Assembly: GCA_051362555.1 (NCBI GenBank)
Contig: CM120647.1
Span: 3,472,001 to 3,536,000 of the forward strand
Direction of reading: 5' to 3'
Source of the DNA: Lingula anatina
Lineage: Eukaryota; Animalia; Brachiopoda
DNA: 64,000 nucleotides
The notes under the pieces were generated by a model. It searched no databases. It was not told the origin of the DNA and worked only from the letters and a program-made list of their open reading frames with translations. Both the position numbers and the translations under genes were made by a program. This document shows, piece by piece, positions 51,730-63,879 of the stretch (position 1 is the first letter of the stretch; every line of letters starts with the position of its first letter).

Positions 51730-52480
51730 TCCCATAATACAACAGTAATTGTGGATGTCACATGTTCAATGTCTTTCAATAATACAACAGCAATTGTTGA
51801 TGTCCCAATGTTTAATGTCTAACCACAATACAACAGCAATTGTTGATGTCACAATGTTCAATGTCTTTCCATAATACAACAGCAATTGTTGATGTCACAA
51901 TGTTCAATGTCTTTCCATAATAAACAGCAATTGTTGATGTCACAATGTTCAATGTCTTCCCATAATACAACAGCAATTGTTGATGTCACAATGTTCAATG
52001 TCTTTCCATAATAAACAGCAATTGTTGATGTCACAATGTTCAATGTCTTCCCATAATACAACAGCAATTGTTGATGTCACAATGTTCAATGTCTTCCCAT
52101 AATACAACAGCAATTAATGATGTCACAATGTTCAATGTCTTTCCATAATAAACAGCAATTGTTGATGTCACAATGTTTCAATGTCTTACCATGATACAAC
52201 AGCAATTGTTGATGTCACAATGTTCAATGTCTTACCATAATACAACAGCAATTGTTGATGTCACAATGTTCAATGTCTTACCATAATACAACAGCAATTG
52301 TTGATGTCACAATTTTCAATGTCTTCCCATAATACAACAGCAATTGTTGATGTCACAATGTTCAATGTCTTCCCATAATACAACAGCAATTGTTGATGTC
52401 ACAATGTTTAATGTCTAACCATAATACAAAAGCAAGACTTGATAGCAGAGTTCAATGTTTTAATTCCCATAATACATCAG
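51730..52480. repeat. 46-bp minisatellite, ~15-16 copies
   Basis: CAGCAATTGTTGATGTCACAATGTTCAATGTCTTCCCATAATACAA. Confidence 0.95.
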
Positions 52481-52926
52481 CAATTGCTGTTGTTTAAATG
52501 CTCAATAAATTTCCAACAACAAGAGATATTAAATTGAATACAATATGTAGCAAAGTTTTATCTTGTATTATAAAGTGGTAAAGTGACCAAAATAATTTTC
52601 TTACCTGTCTTCCCTCATAACCTTGAACTATTCTCTAGGTTATACAGTGGTTAAAAGTTCTGAGATGGTTTGGGCAGCTACACTTTGTAAAGCACATCAG
52701 ATAACAGTAGTATGGGGGACTGAATGAAGCTGCAATCTTCCTGGATAGCACATCTTACAGTGCATCATATCAGTTCTCTAAGTCCATCTTCCCCCGTTTC
52801 AACAATATACGGTATTATACCCAGTATCACATCCTTTTCCATACACTAAAAATCAAAGAAATAAAAAATTAAAACTTATTTGCGTTTGTCATGAAAGAAA
52901 ATAATTGAAACTAGACAGCAAAGTTA

Positions 52927-53073
52927 ACTAGAGGATCAGAGAGGCGAAACTGCCTCCGGATATTGTACCATCAGCTGGAGTAAGCACACTCGTACTGAAA
53001 ACCAAAAACAAAGTGCTGTGTTTGACAATTAAGCTCTACAAAATGCAATAAACAAGACAAGAAATGTGCCCCC

Positions 53074-53110
<37 letters not shown>

Positions 53111-53635
53111 AGCACAACTTTTATAAAAATTGTCCAATCAAGCCAATTTTCTAGACAATTAATAGGATTGTCAGTTTTCCTTGGAATGCGTAATCAGTGT
53201 TAAATATATGTTGAAAAAAGAAATAGGCCCATCTCTGCCAGTTTTTGAAATACAAGGGATGGAAAATTTGCAAAGTTCAGTTCATGGTAAAAAGAAGGTC
53301 AAAGGTCAATTTCAAAGTCACAGTTAAATTGCCAGTACATGACTTCCTATTCAAGTTCAATAGTAACTATGGGCATATCTTTGCCAGTTTTGGAGATATA
53401 AAGGCCAGAAAACAGTTTGTCATGAAATGTAAGTCAAAGGTCAATTTCAAGGTCACAGTTATATTGCCAGTAGAGACACAGGTCCTTGCGGTCTAGGAGG
53501 AAAAGCAGTAAAGGTGACTTGTATCCCACGCCACCCTGCAGAGCCAGCGGAGCTCACGGAGCCAGCAGAGCCGTACGATACAGGCCAGGACTACAACCAT
53601 GAGTACCCCCAGTGTACACCCTGGTGGTACTAATA
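52927..53635 (-). mobile_element. Second, shorter Helentron/HINE copy
   Basis: Same CTAGAGGATCAGAGAGGCG..GCCTCCG..TATTGTACCA end and TGGTACTAATAA end as 47714-51643, with ~1.5 internal units. Confidence 0.75.
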
Positions 53636-54317
53636 AATATACAAACACCCAAAATAAAAATCTTTTTCAACAGTGCTAAAACCAGGCAGCAAAATTGCCA
53701 ACTGTACAGACAAGAGATAACTACACTGAAATAAGTTTATTTCCATTTTCTACACTTTTTTTTTACATAATACAAAATAAACAATTTAATGTCATCTTCA
53801 TATGATCAATTAAAAAAATTGCTGAGATAGGAAAAATAGCAATAGAACATTTTTAAATGTCAAATTTGCTCCATTCTGATATTTTGAACATAGTGAAATC
53901 ATCTGACAAATGGCAATGACATGGGTTTATCTCCCATTTTTGACACTTTAAGTACTGCACAATACATGATAACAGGTTTACCATTATTTTAATATGATCA
54001 ACTAAATATGTACAACAATGTACCACAATGCAGAAAATGTCAAAATAACACTTTTACCCATCTAATTAATTCAATAATGAGGCTGTTAATTGACATGCTT
54101 AATATATTAATTCTGAGGAAAACCACTTATATACAACAAGGGAAAACTTTAGCGAAACAGAAACCATGAAGCTTCTTTTAAAAATGTAATCTGTATATTA
54201 GCCCTTTGAACCAGTACCAGTAATGACAGCTGCAGCATACTAAGTGCTGATGGCTTCCATGTCATGCCTGTAAACTTGCCATTTCATACCTAATGGGAAA
54301 CAATGTTTACGCGTGTA

Positions 54318-54496
54318 CATGGACGTCTGCAGAAAATTTTCCAGGGCGGAGTGGGGGGGGGGGGGGGGGGCTCAAAGTCATTGAAGGGGGAGATAATGAT
54401 TGGCTGTATACCCACAATTAATGTGCCCGCCAAAATTCCAGGAGAGGGGGAGGGGGGCACAAGTGACCCCATTGACCCCCCCTGCGAATGCCCATG
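54318..54496. mobile_element. hAT-like MITE with poly-G core
   Basis: CATGGACG...TGCCCATG ends; 8-bp flanks CGCGTGTA / CGCATGCA. Confidence 0.6.
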
Positions 54497-55069
54497 CGCA
54501 TGCATGTACTAGTGAGATAGTCAGTGAAGCTAATCCTCAGTCACATGCACCTTACCATCTTACATTGGAGAAATAACATAAAGTGACTCCAATGATTTAA
54601 CTGTGCTCATTAAATTTTTAATAAAATGTGGCAAGTGCAACAATATGCTTAAGTGGCCAACGACGAAATATGAAATCTGAATATGTTTTGAAAGCATTAC
54701 CCAGAAACTGAAAGATCACCTGCTCTTCTAGGAGTAGCAAACACTGTTTTACACCACCACCAGACATTTTGGACGGTTTAAATGATGGCATAATTAAGAC
54801 TACAGTTTTACCTAACCTCCATTGCTAAGATAATAAAATAAACTCTTATGCTGGTAAAATATGAAATGTAAATTCTACAGATGCATTGGTCAACATATAT
54901 ACATATACGGTGTCAGCTCTGCCTGTGGTAAAAGTTTTACATCATTACTGCAGAAAGACAGAAAAAGTTGAACTCTAAAAATGAACTCGTCAGTAAATGC
55001 CGACACTCCAGAAAATACTTGCTGAAAACATTGATTATATGCACTGATTTTGAAAAGTAACTTATATAA

Positions 55070-55345
55070 TCACATTTTTTTATTATGTAACGTAACCACA
55101 TTCCTTTTTTACCTGTATGCGTGATGAAGCGCTAACGTCACACGTGTATATTTTGAGCGACGTGTCACATTGACCGTTTTCTTGTATTTTGATCTGTTTG
55201 CGCCCCTGACGAGGCCTCCGGGCCAAAACAGCTATAGGGTCTTATGTTAATTATAATGGAGAGAACAGATTAACCTTCTTCATTTTTTGTCTTTCTATAC
55301 TAGCTCTCCACGGTCCGTCACCATGGGTAGAGCACTTTTCAATTG
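55070..55345 (+). mobile_element. Penelope-like element terminal (pLTR) remnant
   Basis: Contains a minimal type-I hammerhead motif followed by a GCTCT...AGAGC stem. Boundaries approximate. Confidence 0.55.
55203..55239 (+). ncRNA. Degenerate minimal type-I hammerhead ribozyme
   Basis: CCC-CUGACGA-GGCC(UCCG)GGCC-AAAA-C-AGCU-A-UA-GGG. Two G>A changes from a canonical GAAA-C-AGCU-G-UA core. Confidence 0.7.
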
Positions 55346-55478
55346 TGTAATGTATCAGTTATATTCACTTGATATATATATACTGGTACATGTAAGAATG
55401 ATACATACTGAAAGAAAAAAACAGCATAACATTAATAAACTCTGATGAAGCTGGTTTTGAAATTCAACCTGTATCTAA

Positions 55479-55692
55479 GGCTCTATTCCCATAGATTTTA
55501 GATCGATCCATCCCCGCGGGGAGTCTCACTAGATTACTTTCAGATAATCCGACTTAAATGTCCGTCCCGCCTACTACAAGCTGTAAGGGGATAATTAACT
55601 TTCGTGTCCGCCCGGCTGACAGCTATTTAGCGTGAACCCCCAGGGAGTTAGGTCGATCTAAAGTAGGTCGATCTAATCTATGGAAATGGGGT
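55479..55692. mobile_element. MITE; diverged relatives at ~46250-46370 (inverted) and ~47560-47660
   Basis: ATTCCCATAGATT / AATCTATGGAAAT inverted ends with repeated TAG(A/G)TCGATC motifs shared by the three copies. Confidence 0.6.
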
Positions 55693-55694
55693 GT

Positions 55695-56370
55695 AAGTCA
55701 AATTCATCAGTCCTGTAAGTTTTATATGGAAGGTGTCATCTTTATTCCATGTATTATATGCTGAAAAATAAAACAAAAAGAGCATAAAATCAAGAAAAAT
55801 GGTCCCATCAAGCTGATTTTCAGAAACAACCTGTATATTAATACTATTGATCAGTCCTGTAAGTTTGAAGACAACAAGCCTGCCAATTTTCCTTGGAATA
55901 TGTAATCTGTATAGCACATATTATAATATATGCAAAAAAAAAAAAAAATAAATAAATAAATAAAATAAAATAAAAAAAAAAAAAAACAATAATACTGATC
56001 ACTTCTGAAGGTTTGAAGAAAATATTATTGGTTTTCCTTGAAATGTGTTGTCAGCATACAATGTGCATACAGCATGAAAAATACTGAAAAAAAATATCAG
56101 CATTACTTCCAGAAGAATAGTTTGAATAAGTGGATTTTCAGATTCAACCTGTATTCTAGTAACAATGGTCACTCCTGCAAGTTTGAAAACAAAAGGCCTG
56201 TCAGTTTTCCTTGAAATGTGTTGCCTGTATTGCATACATGCTGAGAAAAAGTGAAAAAAAAAATGTTAATTTTTGAAAATATCGGTGAGATCATGCTGAT
56301 TTTTGAATTCTGCCTGTAAATCACAAATGTTCATCAGTTCTGCATGTTTGAAGACAATAGATCTACCAGT
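55695..56370. repeat. Diverged tandem repeat, ~3-4 units
   Basis: Recurrent CA(G/C)TCCTG(T/C)AAGTTTGAA(G/A)ACAA...TTTTCCTTG(G/A)AAT and GATTTT..GA..CAACCTGTA blocks. Confidence 0.6.
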
Positions 56371-56579
56371 TTTCCACTTATCATCTTGACACTGAAAGTG
56401 TACAGCGACAACAGAAATGTTGGGGACAACAACAACAGATGCAAGTGATGGCTACATATACAGGCCCAAGGTGCCTGTACATAAAACAGTAAAAATAATA
56501 AATTCAAAGAAACAATCTGATTGAATAATGTACTAAGCAAGTGAAAAAGCAATGAATTCCCAATAATATATAACACCAC

Positions 56580-57125
56580 TTGCTGATGTCACAATGTTCA
56601 ATCTCTTACCAAAATACAGCAGCAGTTGTTGATGTTAAAATGGTCAATGTATTCCCATAATGCAACTGCAATTGTTGATGTCACAATGCTCAATGTATTC
56701 CCATAATGCAACTGCAATTGTTGATGTCACAATGCTCAATGTATTCCCATAATGCAACTGCAATTGTTGATGTCACAATGCTCAATGTATTCCCATAATG
56801 AAACCACAATTGTTGATGTCACAATGCCCAATGTATTCCCATAATGTAACCACAATTGTTGATGTCAAAATGCTCAATGTATTCCCATAATGCATCTGCA
56901 ATTGTTGATGTCACAAATGCTCAATGTATTCCCATAATGTAACCACAATTGTTGATGTCACAATGCTCAATGTATATCCAATAATGCAATTGTTGATGTC
57001 AAAAAGCTCAATGTATTCACATAATGCAACTGCAACTGATGTCACAAAGCTCAATGTATTCCCATCATGCAACTGCAATTGTTGATGTCACAATGCTCAA
57101 TGTATTCCCATAATGCAATTGCAAC
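56580..57125. repeat. 46-bp minisatellite, ~12 copies, sister of 51730-52480
   Basis: CAACTGCAATTGTTGATGTCACAATGCTCAATGTATTCCCATAATG. Confidence 0.95.
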
Positions 57126-57139
57126 TGGTTGAATTGAAC

Positions 57140-57270
57140 TGAGATTAAATTACTGTGGCCCTGCAGAGACGATGTGTGGGGAGGCGTGTAAGAGGTAGAG
57201 AGACCATTACAGGATTAAGCGGTCTTCCTTTCATGTAGGTCTGCCATATTTAGGTCATATGGCCTGGCTA
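57140..57270. mobile_element. Diverged single arm of the 7173-7718 MITE family
   Basis: ATTACTGTGGCCCTGCAGAGACGATGTGTGGGGAGGCG...CTTTCATGTAGGTCTGCCATATTTAGGTCA aligns to 7575-7680. Confidence 0.7.
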
Positions 57271-57697
57271 GCACTCGGCTCTTCTCATTCTGAATGGTCC
57301 TATGTATAATACAACAGCAAGTCAGCAACAGTTTGACATCACAATTTCCACGGTCTTCCCATTATAAAAGAGCCATTATTGTTACTTAAATGCGCATTCT
57401 TTTAACACAACAAAAGAAACCAATGTGAAGCAAAGTTCTATCTGGTGTTATACAGTGGTAAAATGACCAATATGATTTTCTTCGATCCCCCATAACTTTG
57501 ACCGATTGTATATATGTTGCATTGTATGTTGTGTAATGTATATGACAAACATTAAAATAGGGTGTATGAACTGCAGAGGTTTAATTAGCAACAGCAAAGT
57601 TCAAAGAAGAGACATTTGATTTTTGTTAAAAAAAGTATGACCTTGCTTTTAACTGAATGACAAGCATTGTGAAAACAAGGCAACAAAACTGTTAAAT

Positions 57698-58925
57698 ATA
57701 ATAATAATAATAACAATAATAATAATAATAATAAATTTATTTTGAGTCTAAAATCCATTATAACATGTTTAGAAGACTTTAAATATACATAGAACAATCA
57801 CTTAAGAAATCAATTATTAGGAATAGATAAAAGAACTTAACGACAAAAAAAAAAAAAAAGAGAATTCTAGATAAAACATACGGATTCTCACATAAAAGCA
57901 CTTACAGTACATAACTAAAATATATTTGTTAAGAAAAAATAATCAATTCTAGATAAAAAAAAAGCCTTATTTGCACACAGAAAGGATTATAGGTATAGCA
58001 GCCTTATTTCTTATAGTGCAAAAATGCAATTACTGTAAAATTTGTAAAATCAATTTAAAAGACGATTCATCAAAAAATTTCCTGAATAGGTATGTCTTTA
58101 ATTCTTTTTTTAAATGTTTGGTAGACTCAATTGATCGAATTTCCAGTGGTAATAAATTCCATTCCTTTGGACCTGCTGATTTAAAAGAAATGTCACCATA
58201 AGTTTTTAGGTGCATTTTTACCGGCTTAAGTAACAATTTGTCTACAGACTGCAGGTTTATCGCAGGAACATAGTGAGTGTCTAATTCACTTTAGTAGATT
58301 GGTGCAACTTTGTAAAAAGCATCATGAACAAAGACTAGAAATTAAAATAAAATCCTGGCTTGCAGAGGTAGACAATGTAACTTTTTTAAAACTGGGGTGA
58401 TGTGGTTACTCATGGATGTACGGGTTAACAATCTAGCTGAGATGTTCTGAATATGCTGTAGTCTTTTAATCTGGTTTTTTGGACAACCATATAAAATAGA
58501 ATTACAATAATCCAATCTAGATGTTACTAAACAATTTGCAACTGTAGCTGCAGCAGAGTCAGATAGGAGATTACGAATTGCACCTATGTTCCTAATGTTA
58601 TATACTGCTGACTTACATATGCTAGCAATTTGCTTATTCATAGAAAGTGTTCTACCTAAAAAAAAAAAAAATTTAGCATGGGTTGTTGGCTTTATGATAC
58701 TGGATCCAATTTTGAGTTCAATTTTTTTCTGATATTTTCTGATTATGTGGCTGGGTTACAACTAAAAGTTCAGATTTTCCATCATTGATTTTCAACTTAT
58801 TTCTTATCAACCACCCTCGTAGATCATCAGTACACCTAGACAGATTTTCAATTGATTTATTAGGATTTTCTACATTACAGCATGTAAAAATGTGTGTATC
58901 ATCAGATGTGATTGCCAAATGCTTA
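57698..58925 (-). mobile_element. 5'-truncated L2/CR1-group LINE (RT C-terminus, frameshifted) with (TTA)n tail
   Basis: DDTHIF (YADD-like), WL..NKLKIN..KSELL, LVTSRLDYCNSILYG, HITPVLKKLH.LP, SF..AGPK.WN.LP..IR and KK.LKTYLF motifs in order. AATAAA plus (TTA)n at the 3' end. Confidence 0.9.
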
Positions 58926-59198
58926 TCTGTATACAGTCATAAAACAGATAATAATAATTATAATAGTCTACAAATCAGGTTTGTTGTCAGTTTTAATGCA
59001 ATATTACTTTAAACTACTTTGTTTACCAGCAAAATCACAATCACTTTTCCATAATGTGTATTACTACATAAAGGGATAACGACTTTTTGACAGAAATCTG
59101 GTGACAGAAACCCCATGCCTGATCCCAGAAAGATATGGATATACATAAACATAGCATTGATACCAAATAGATCTATATATAATAATAATATTAAGTAA

Positions 59199-59456
59199 CA
59201 GTGGCAGGTTTAGAGGGGGGGGGTCAGGGGGGTCCTGTCCCCCCCCCCCCCCCCCCACCCCACTACGATTTCTGGTTCCCTCTTGAAATTAGAATTTTGA
59301 CTAGCTGAATCATTAATCATGAATCATAGTTCTAATCTGTATCAAATGGCACTGCTCGCCCTCTAAAATACCAAAATTTTTCGGGGCTCGATGCCCACGC
59401 CAAGGATAGGCTTTGCATCCGCGGACCCCCTTCAAATAATCCTGATATATCCACTG
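59199..59456. mobile_element. CAGTG-ended poly-G/C MITE, related (inverted) to 61280-62474
   Basis: CAGTGG...CCACTG ends. Internal TTGAAATTAGAATTTTGACTAGCTGAAT is the reverse complement of blocks at ~61465, ~61900 and ~62355. Confidence 0.6.
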
Positions 59457-59797
59457 ACAGTGACAGTAATATATACTGACCATTGCATTGAGTTCACTGC
59501 TGACCACATCTCTAATCAGTTTACCTGAGTGTCCCTAGGGCTGTCTTCCTGACGTGTTGACCACTGTCCACTACGAGTGACCCACTCATTGTTCTCAAGT
59601 AGAGACTTGGGTTGCCGGGTAGAAATAGTGCTGCTAGCACATAGCTGTACTTCTGCATTTACGCCCTCGAGCTGAGGGAAAGTATAATGTTAGTCCACCA
59701 CACTCTCTCCGCTGAATACTGACGTGGTTGGAAATGTGTGTGTGTGTGTGTGTCTGTGTGTTTTTTTTTTTTTGGGGGGGGGGGGGGGGGTGTGTGT

Positions 59798-59841
<44 letters not shown>

Positions 59842-59934
59842 CCCCCTCCTAACCCACCCAGCTACTGTGTACGTATATCCACTATCGTTGTCGGGTCTTA
59901 TGCTGCCACTAGGCGCTGGATTCTCTGCGTTTCC

Positions 59935-59975
59935 CGGGAGCGGAAGAGTTAACGCGGTCAGCGCCATTTTAGGGA
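59935..59975 (-). promoter_or_regulatory. Promoter-proximal motifs (YY1-type AAAATGGCG, ETS-type CGGAAG) in a CpG-rich patch
   Basis: GCGCCATTTT at 59961-59970 and GCGGAAG at 59940-59946, just upstream of the minus-strand exon chain. Confidence 0.4.
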
Positions 59976-60694
59976 GAGGCAGATGAAATATAAAGATCTC
60001 ATAATATCTGTAAACTTGTACTCGCTGAAATTGAATAAATGGATCTTGTTTTTTAAAACTTTGCTTAAATTTGCAGTATATCCTGCTTTTAGTTCTTCTA
60101 GGCATTCCAAATATTTTTGGTTATTTGACCCCTCTCTCTCTCTTCATCCTCCCCCTAAAATGTCCCACGTCAGAAAAAATCAATAATCGTATGGGAGAAT
60201 AACACAGGCAATTGACCTACTTCACCAGTCAGCGCTATTTTACTATTTTACTACTTTTATGACTTGGGAGAGATTACGTCATACACGTCTGGAATATGTT
60301 GTTTTTATGATTATATAATGAATAAATTTCACATATTGATAAAATATCTATAAATGTGTCAGTGAAAAAGGAACAATCCTTTTTAAAAACAATGAAAAAA
60401 ATATGTAAAGGACCCGACATAAGATAAAAACGGCTTTTTTCTCTTATATGCAAATTAGATTGTCTTTAGTAATAAAGCTGACAGGAAGTGATGCTCAGAC
60501 CAGAAATTTCAAAGGTGATCTTGATTAATCTGTATTTTGATATTAAATTGATTGATAATATTAATAATAGTAAAATAAAATTGAAGCTACTAAATCAATT
60601 ATTCCTCAAGAGTTTTTTTTCTAATTACGAATCATTGCTCGACTCGCTCCTGGGATGAATTTAGTAACAGCCATAAGGGTCTGAGTGCAAGCCT

Positions 60695-60725
<31 letters not shown>

Positions 60726-61279
60726 ATACATGTACTCCAATGTGTTTTACGTGTAGGCCTATGCCCTATCCAGACAACGTTTACCCTCTACACACTGTTA
60801 CTTTACTATATCCTTTTTTCTTTTTATAAATGAACGATTCCTAATGTTGAGGTGCTTATCGAGTCTTTATTTTATTGAGTTGCGATTGGAAAAATTAGAG
60901 TTGTTTACATCAACATTTCTAAACATCCCAATAAAGAGAAAACGTGACTGGCCAAGGTTTGGATGGAAAACCAACATACAAATGGACAAGAAAAGTTTAA
61001 CAGAGGTCACGTGGACGGCAGTTGATAGAAAGAAGTAGAGGGGCTTGGTCCATGGAGTGTGCCGACAATCTTCGATATGGGGAGGATCGGGATAATGATG
61101 ATGATCAACATAAAGTACGGGGTGGGGCTGGAGAAAGTGTGTGTGTGTGTGTGTGTGTGTGGGGGGTAACATTTCTCTTGGTCTACTTAAAGGGGTGGGT
61201 CAAAAAATTAAGCCATTCATTTAGGGTGGGTCACAAACTAACTAAGCTTTATTTTTGGTACCTTCTATGTAATTGCACC

Positions 61280-62474
61280 CAGGGGCGGATCCAGGATTGT
61301 TTGAAGGGGGGAGGGGGGGGTCCGCGGATGCGAAACGCCCCCCCCCCCCCCAAAAAAAAAAAAAAAAAAAATTGGCGTGGGGCTCGGGGTCCGCTGAAGG
61401 GGTCCGAAAATTTTTGGTATTTTAGAGGGCGAACGGCGCCATTTGATACGGTTTCGAACTATGATTCAGCAATTCAAAATTCTAATTTCATGTGTCACGT
61501 GGATATTTTTTACAAAGACAACAAGACGACTTCCATCTTTTGTCCCGTTTCTATTTAATTGTAACCTAATATACAGTAAAAAAAATAGGTGTTGTCTCAC
61601 CATAAGTTGAAAGCAGCTAACAATTATTAAAAACAAAGGAAATGTATGTATCGAAGGATATTAAACTCTTTATGACAATCTAAAAAACAACAACAACAAT
61701 CTACACTCAACTTGGTAACGTATGTATCGATAGCATATGTATCGAGGATTATTTGAAGGGGGGAGGGGGCGGAACGACAGGCCTCTGATGTTAAGCCGAC
61801 CATAGCGCCCTTGGTGTGGGCTTCAGGCCCTGCTGAAGGACCCCGAATTTTTTGGAGAGCAAACAGTGCACGTTTGTACGGTTTAGAACTATGATTTAGC
61901 TAGTCAAAATTCTAATTTCAAGAGGGGAATGTTGGTACGATATATTTTTCAGAAACGGAAGGTGGGTCTTTTACAAGCGTTTTAAAGAACAAACAACAAG
62001 TTTCCTGTAGTTATTAAAGAGCAGTTATAAAAGCACATCATTGAAAAAGCCTGTCACCCAGTAATTCATTTGAGAAAAATTCCAAAGCTGCCGTACCATA
62101 AAATATTCTACCCAGGAAACTCCCAAATGTAAAAAAGAATGCGTTTCTCAAGACAGGGTTCATGCACAACATTTTTTTTCCAAATTGATGTCGGTTTAAC
62201 AGATTTTGCATCGGTTGGGAATCAAACCCGGACTGCCGGCGTGGCAGGCGAGCATTATCCCACTGTAGCTCGCGTGCTTCAGTTTGCACGGATGGTCCCT
62301 GTCCTGTATTTCAGAAAGCGAACGTTGCCATTTGGTACAGTTTATGCAATTATTCAGCTAGTCAAAATTCTAATTTCAAAAGGCGGCCATTGGTGTGATT
62401 TTTTTTTCAGAAATCGAAGGGGGGAGGAGGGAGGTCAGGGCCCGCACTGACCCCCCCCCCTAAATCCGCCACTG
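61280..62474. mobile_element. Composite MITE with internal partial triplication
   Basis: CAGGGGCGGATC ... AATCCGCCACTG ends; three CAAAATTCTAATTTCA-containing subunits. Confidence 0.55.
62207..62277 (-). pseudogene. tRNA-Gly(GCC) pseudogene
   Basis: GCACGCGAGCTACAGTGGGATAATGCTCGCCTGCCACGCCGGCAGTCCGGGTTTGATTCCCAACCGATGCA is 71 nt and colinear with metazoan tRNA-Gly-GCC. It has a mismatched acceptor stem, a TTC>TTT T-loop and no downstream T-run. Confidence 0.8.
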
Positions 62475-63879
62475 GTATTAAACTACACAATGTAATTTCT
62501 TTAACTCTCATTTGAAAAAGGATGTCCTTGTTGAATGTGGTAGACATCATGTTTGTAAAATTTGACGTCATTTACAATGACTACTTTAAAAACAAGTTTA
62601 AAATGACAAGGTTTTGCAATTCATAGTTGTAGAAATAAAAAAACTGTCAAATTCAGGGATCATATATGTGACTGCATGTTTTTAATTTCTCTGATATCCA
62701 AATGCAGTAAATTACCAGTTGACTTTATTTTGACTTTTAAAGAGCATGCTTATTTATCTCGTTTCTAATAATTTAATGTATGATTTATATTTCTCATTTT
62801 TATTGCAGACTAAACAGTTATCTGAAAATTAACTTTCTATGAACACGGCTTGTCACATCTAGGACATTTCCATCAATTCTGTGGTAGACGTCACAACCAT
62901 GTTGAGACAAGACAAACGTCACACTATTACCGCGTATAAAGAGTTATTTATTAGATATGGACCGCCCCCCCCCCCATGTCAAAATATCATTTCTCGAGGA
63001 AATAAAATACATGCATCGCTTTAAATTTCATTTCTTTTAAAAGATAAAATTGAATGTCCTTTTAGTGTTGCACTGGCATGTCAAATAATCATGTGATGTA
63101 TGATATGTGTTGAAGACGTGTATGTGGAAAAGTATTGACCACTTGAAATGTTACCATTCGTACATGATATAACTTGTTATTCACTGGTACATGGAAGTAT
63201 TGGCAAGTGCGACTGCCCATAACATAATCCCAGCAGTCGAGTTAAAACTGGCGGCGAATGAGCATGTGTTCGAACTTGACATTTTTTCCTCCCATTCCTA
63301 ACCTGGCATGGTTGGTCAACTTTGTTCAGGTGTAAATACGGTTAGCTGAAAACTTGGTTTTTTAATTTCTATTTCAGACAGCTCTCAGAAGTTCATCATG
63401 TGAGTTTTTTTCTCTAATGACCAAATCTTAAGCTAAGTTATTTTCACCTCACCTGTGATAAAATTAGACCGAAATACATGTAGTGTTTCACCAGCTGGTG
63501 ATAATATACATATTTCTAACTACTCAAAGAAAGAGTTCCCTTGCATTCTCCCGCTCCAATTTATACTTCTGGGGGCCGTGGCTCTCTTCGACGAATTTCC
63601 TCTTCGACAGTTTTAGTTATGATCTGAGTGTTAACTGAGACTGGCGTTTGTTTATGGTAAAATTTGATTTGTTATATAAATGATATTTTTCTCCAAGTGG
63701 TCTTTGATCCTCCTTTTTCTGACACTCGCTGCACCTTTGTAAAAATAAATCTGGAATCATTTAAATAGACGTCTTCGTTACCATGGTCAAGTTATTATAT
63801 TTCGGACGCCACCTAAATCATGTAATATTTTTATTTACAATTGGAGGAAATAAATTTATATTTACAAAAGGTGAACCAG

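Larger units (their letters stand above)
46729..59970 (-). ncRNA. Candidate multi-exon transcript (lncRNA or short ORF): exons 59671-59525, 54824-54720, 52845-52605, 46871-46729
   Basis: Each island has a pyrimidine-rich AG acceptor and a GT donor (GTAAAC, GTGATC, GTAAGA, GTAAAA). The first two are phase-0 and open; an in-frame TGA falls in the third. Confidence 0.4.

Noticed and set aside
59659-61558. 148-aa and 178-aa proline/glycine/lysine-rich ORFs
   Set aside because: Kept open by homopolymers and microsatellites; no domain content.
62207-62277. Functional tRNA-Gly
   Set aside because: Acceptor and anticodon stems mismatched, B-box mutated, no Pol III terminator.
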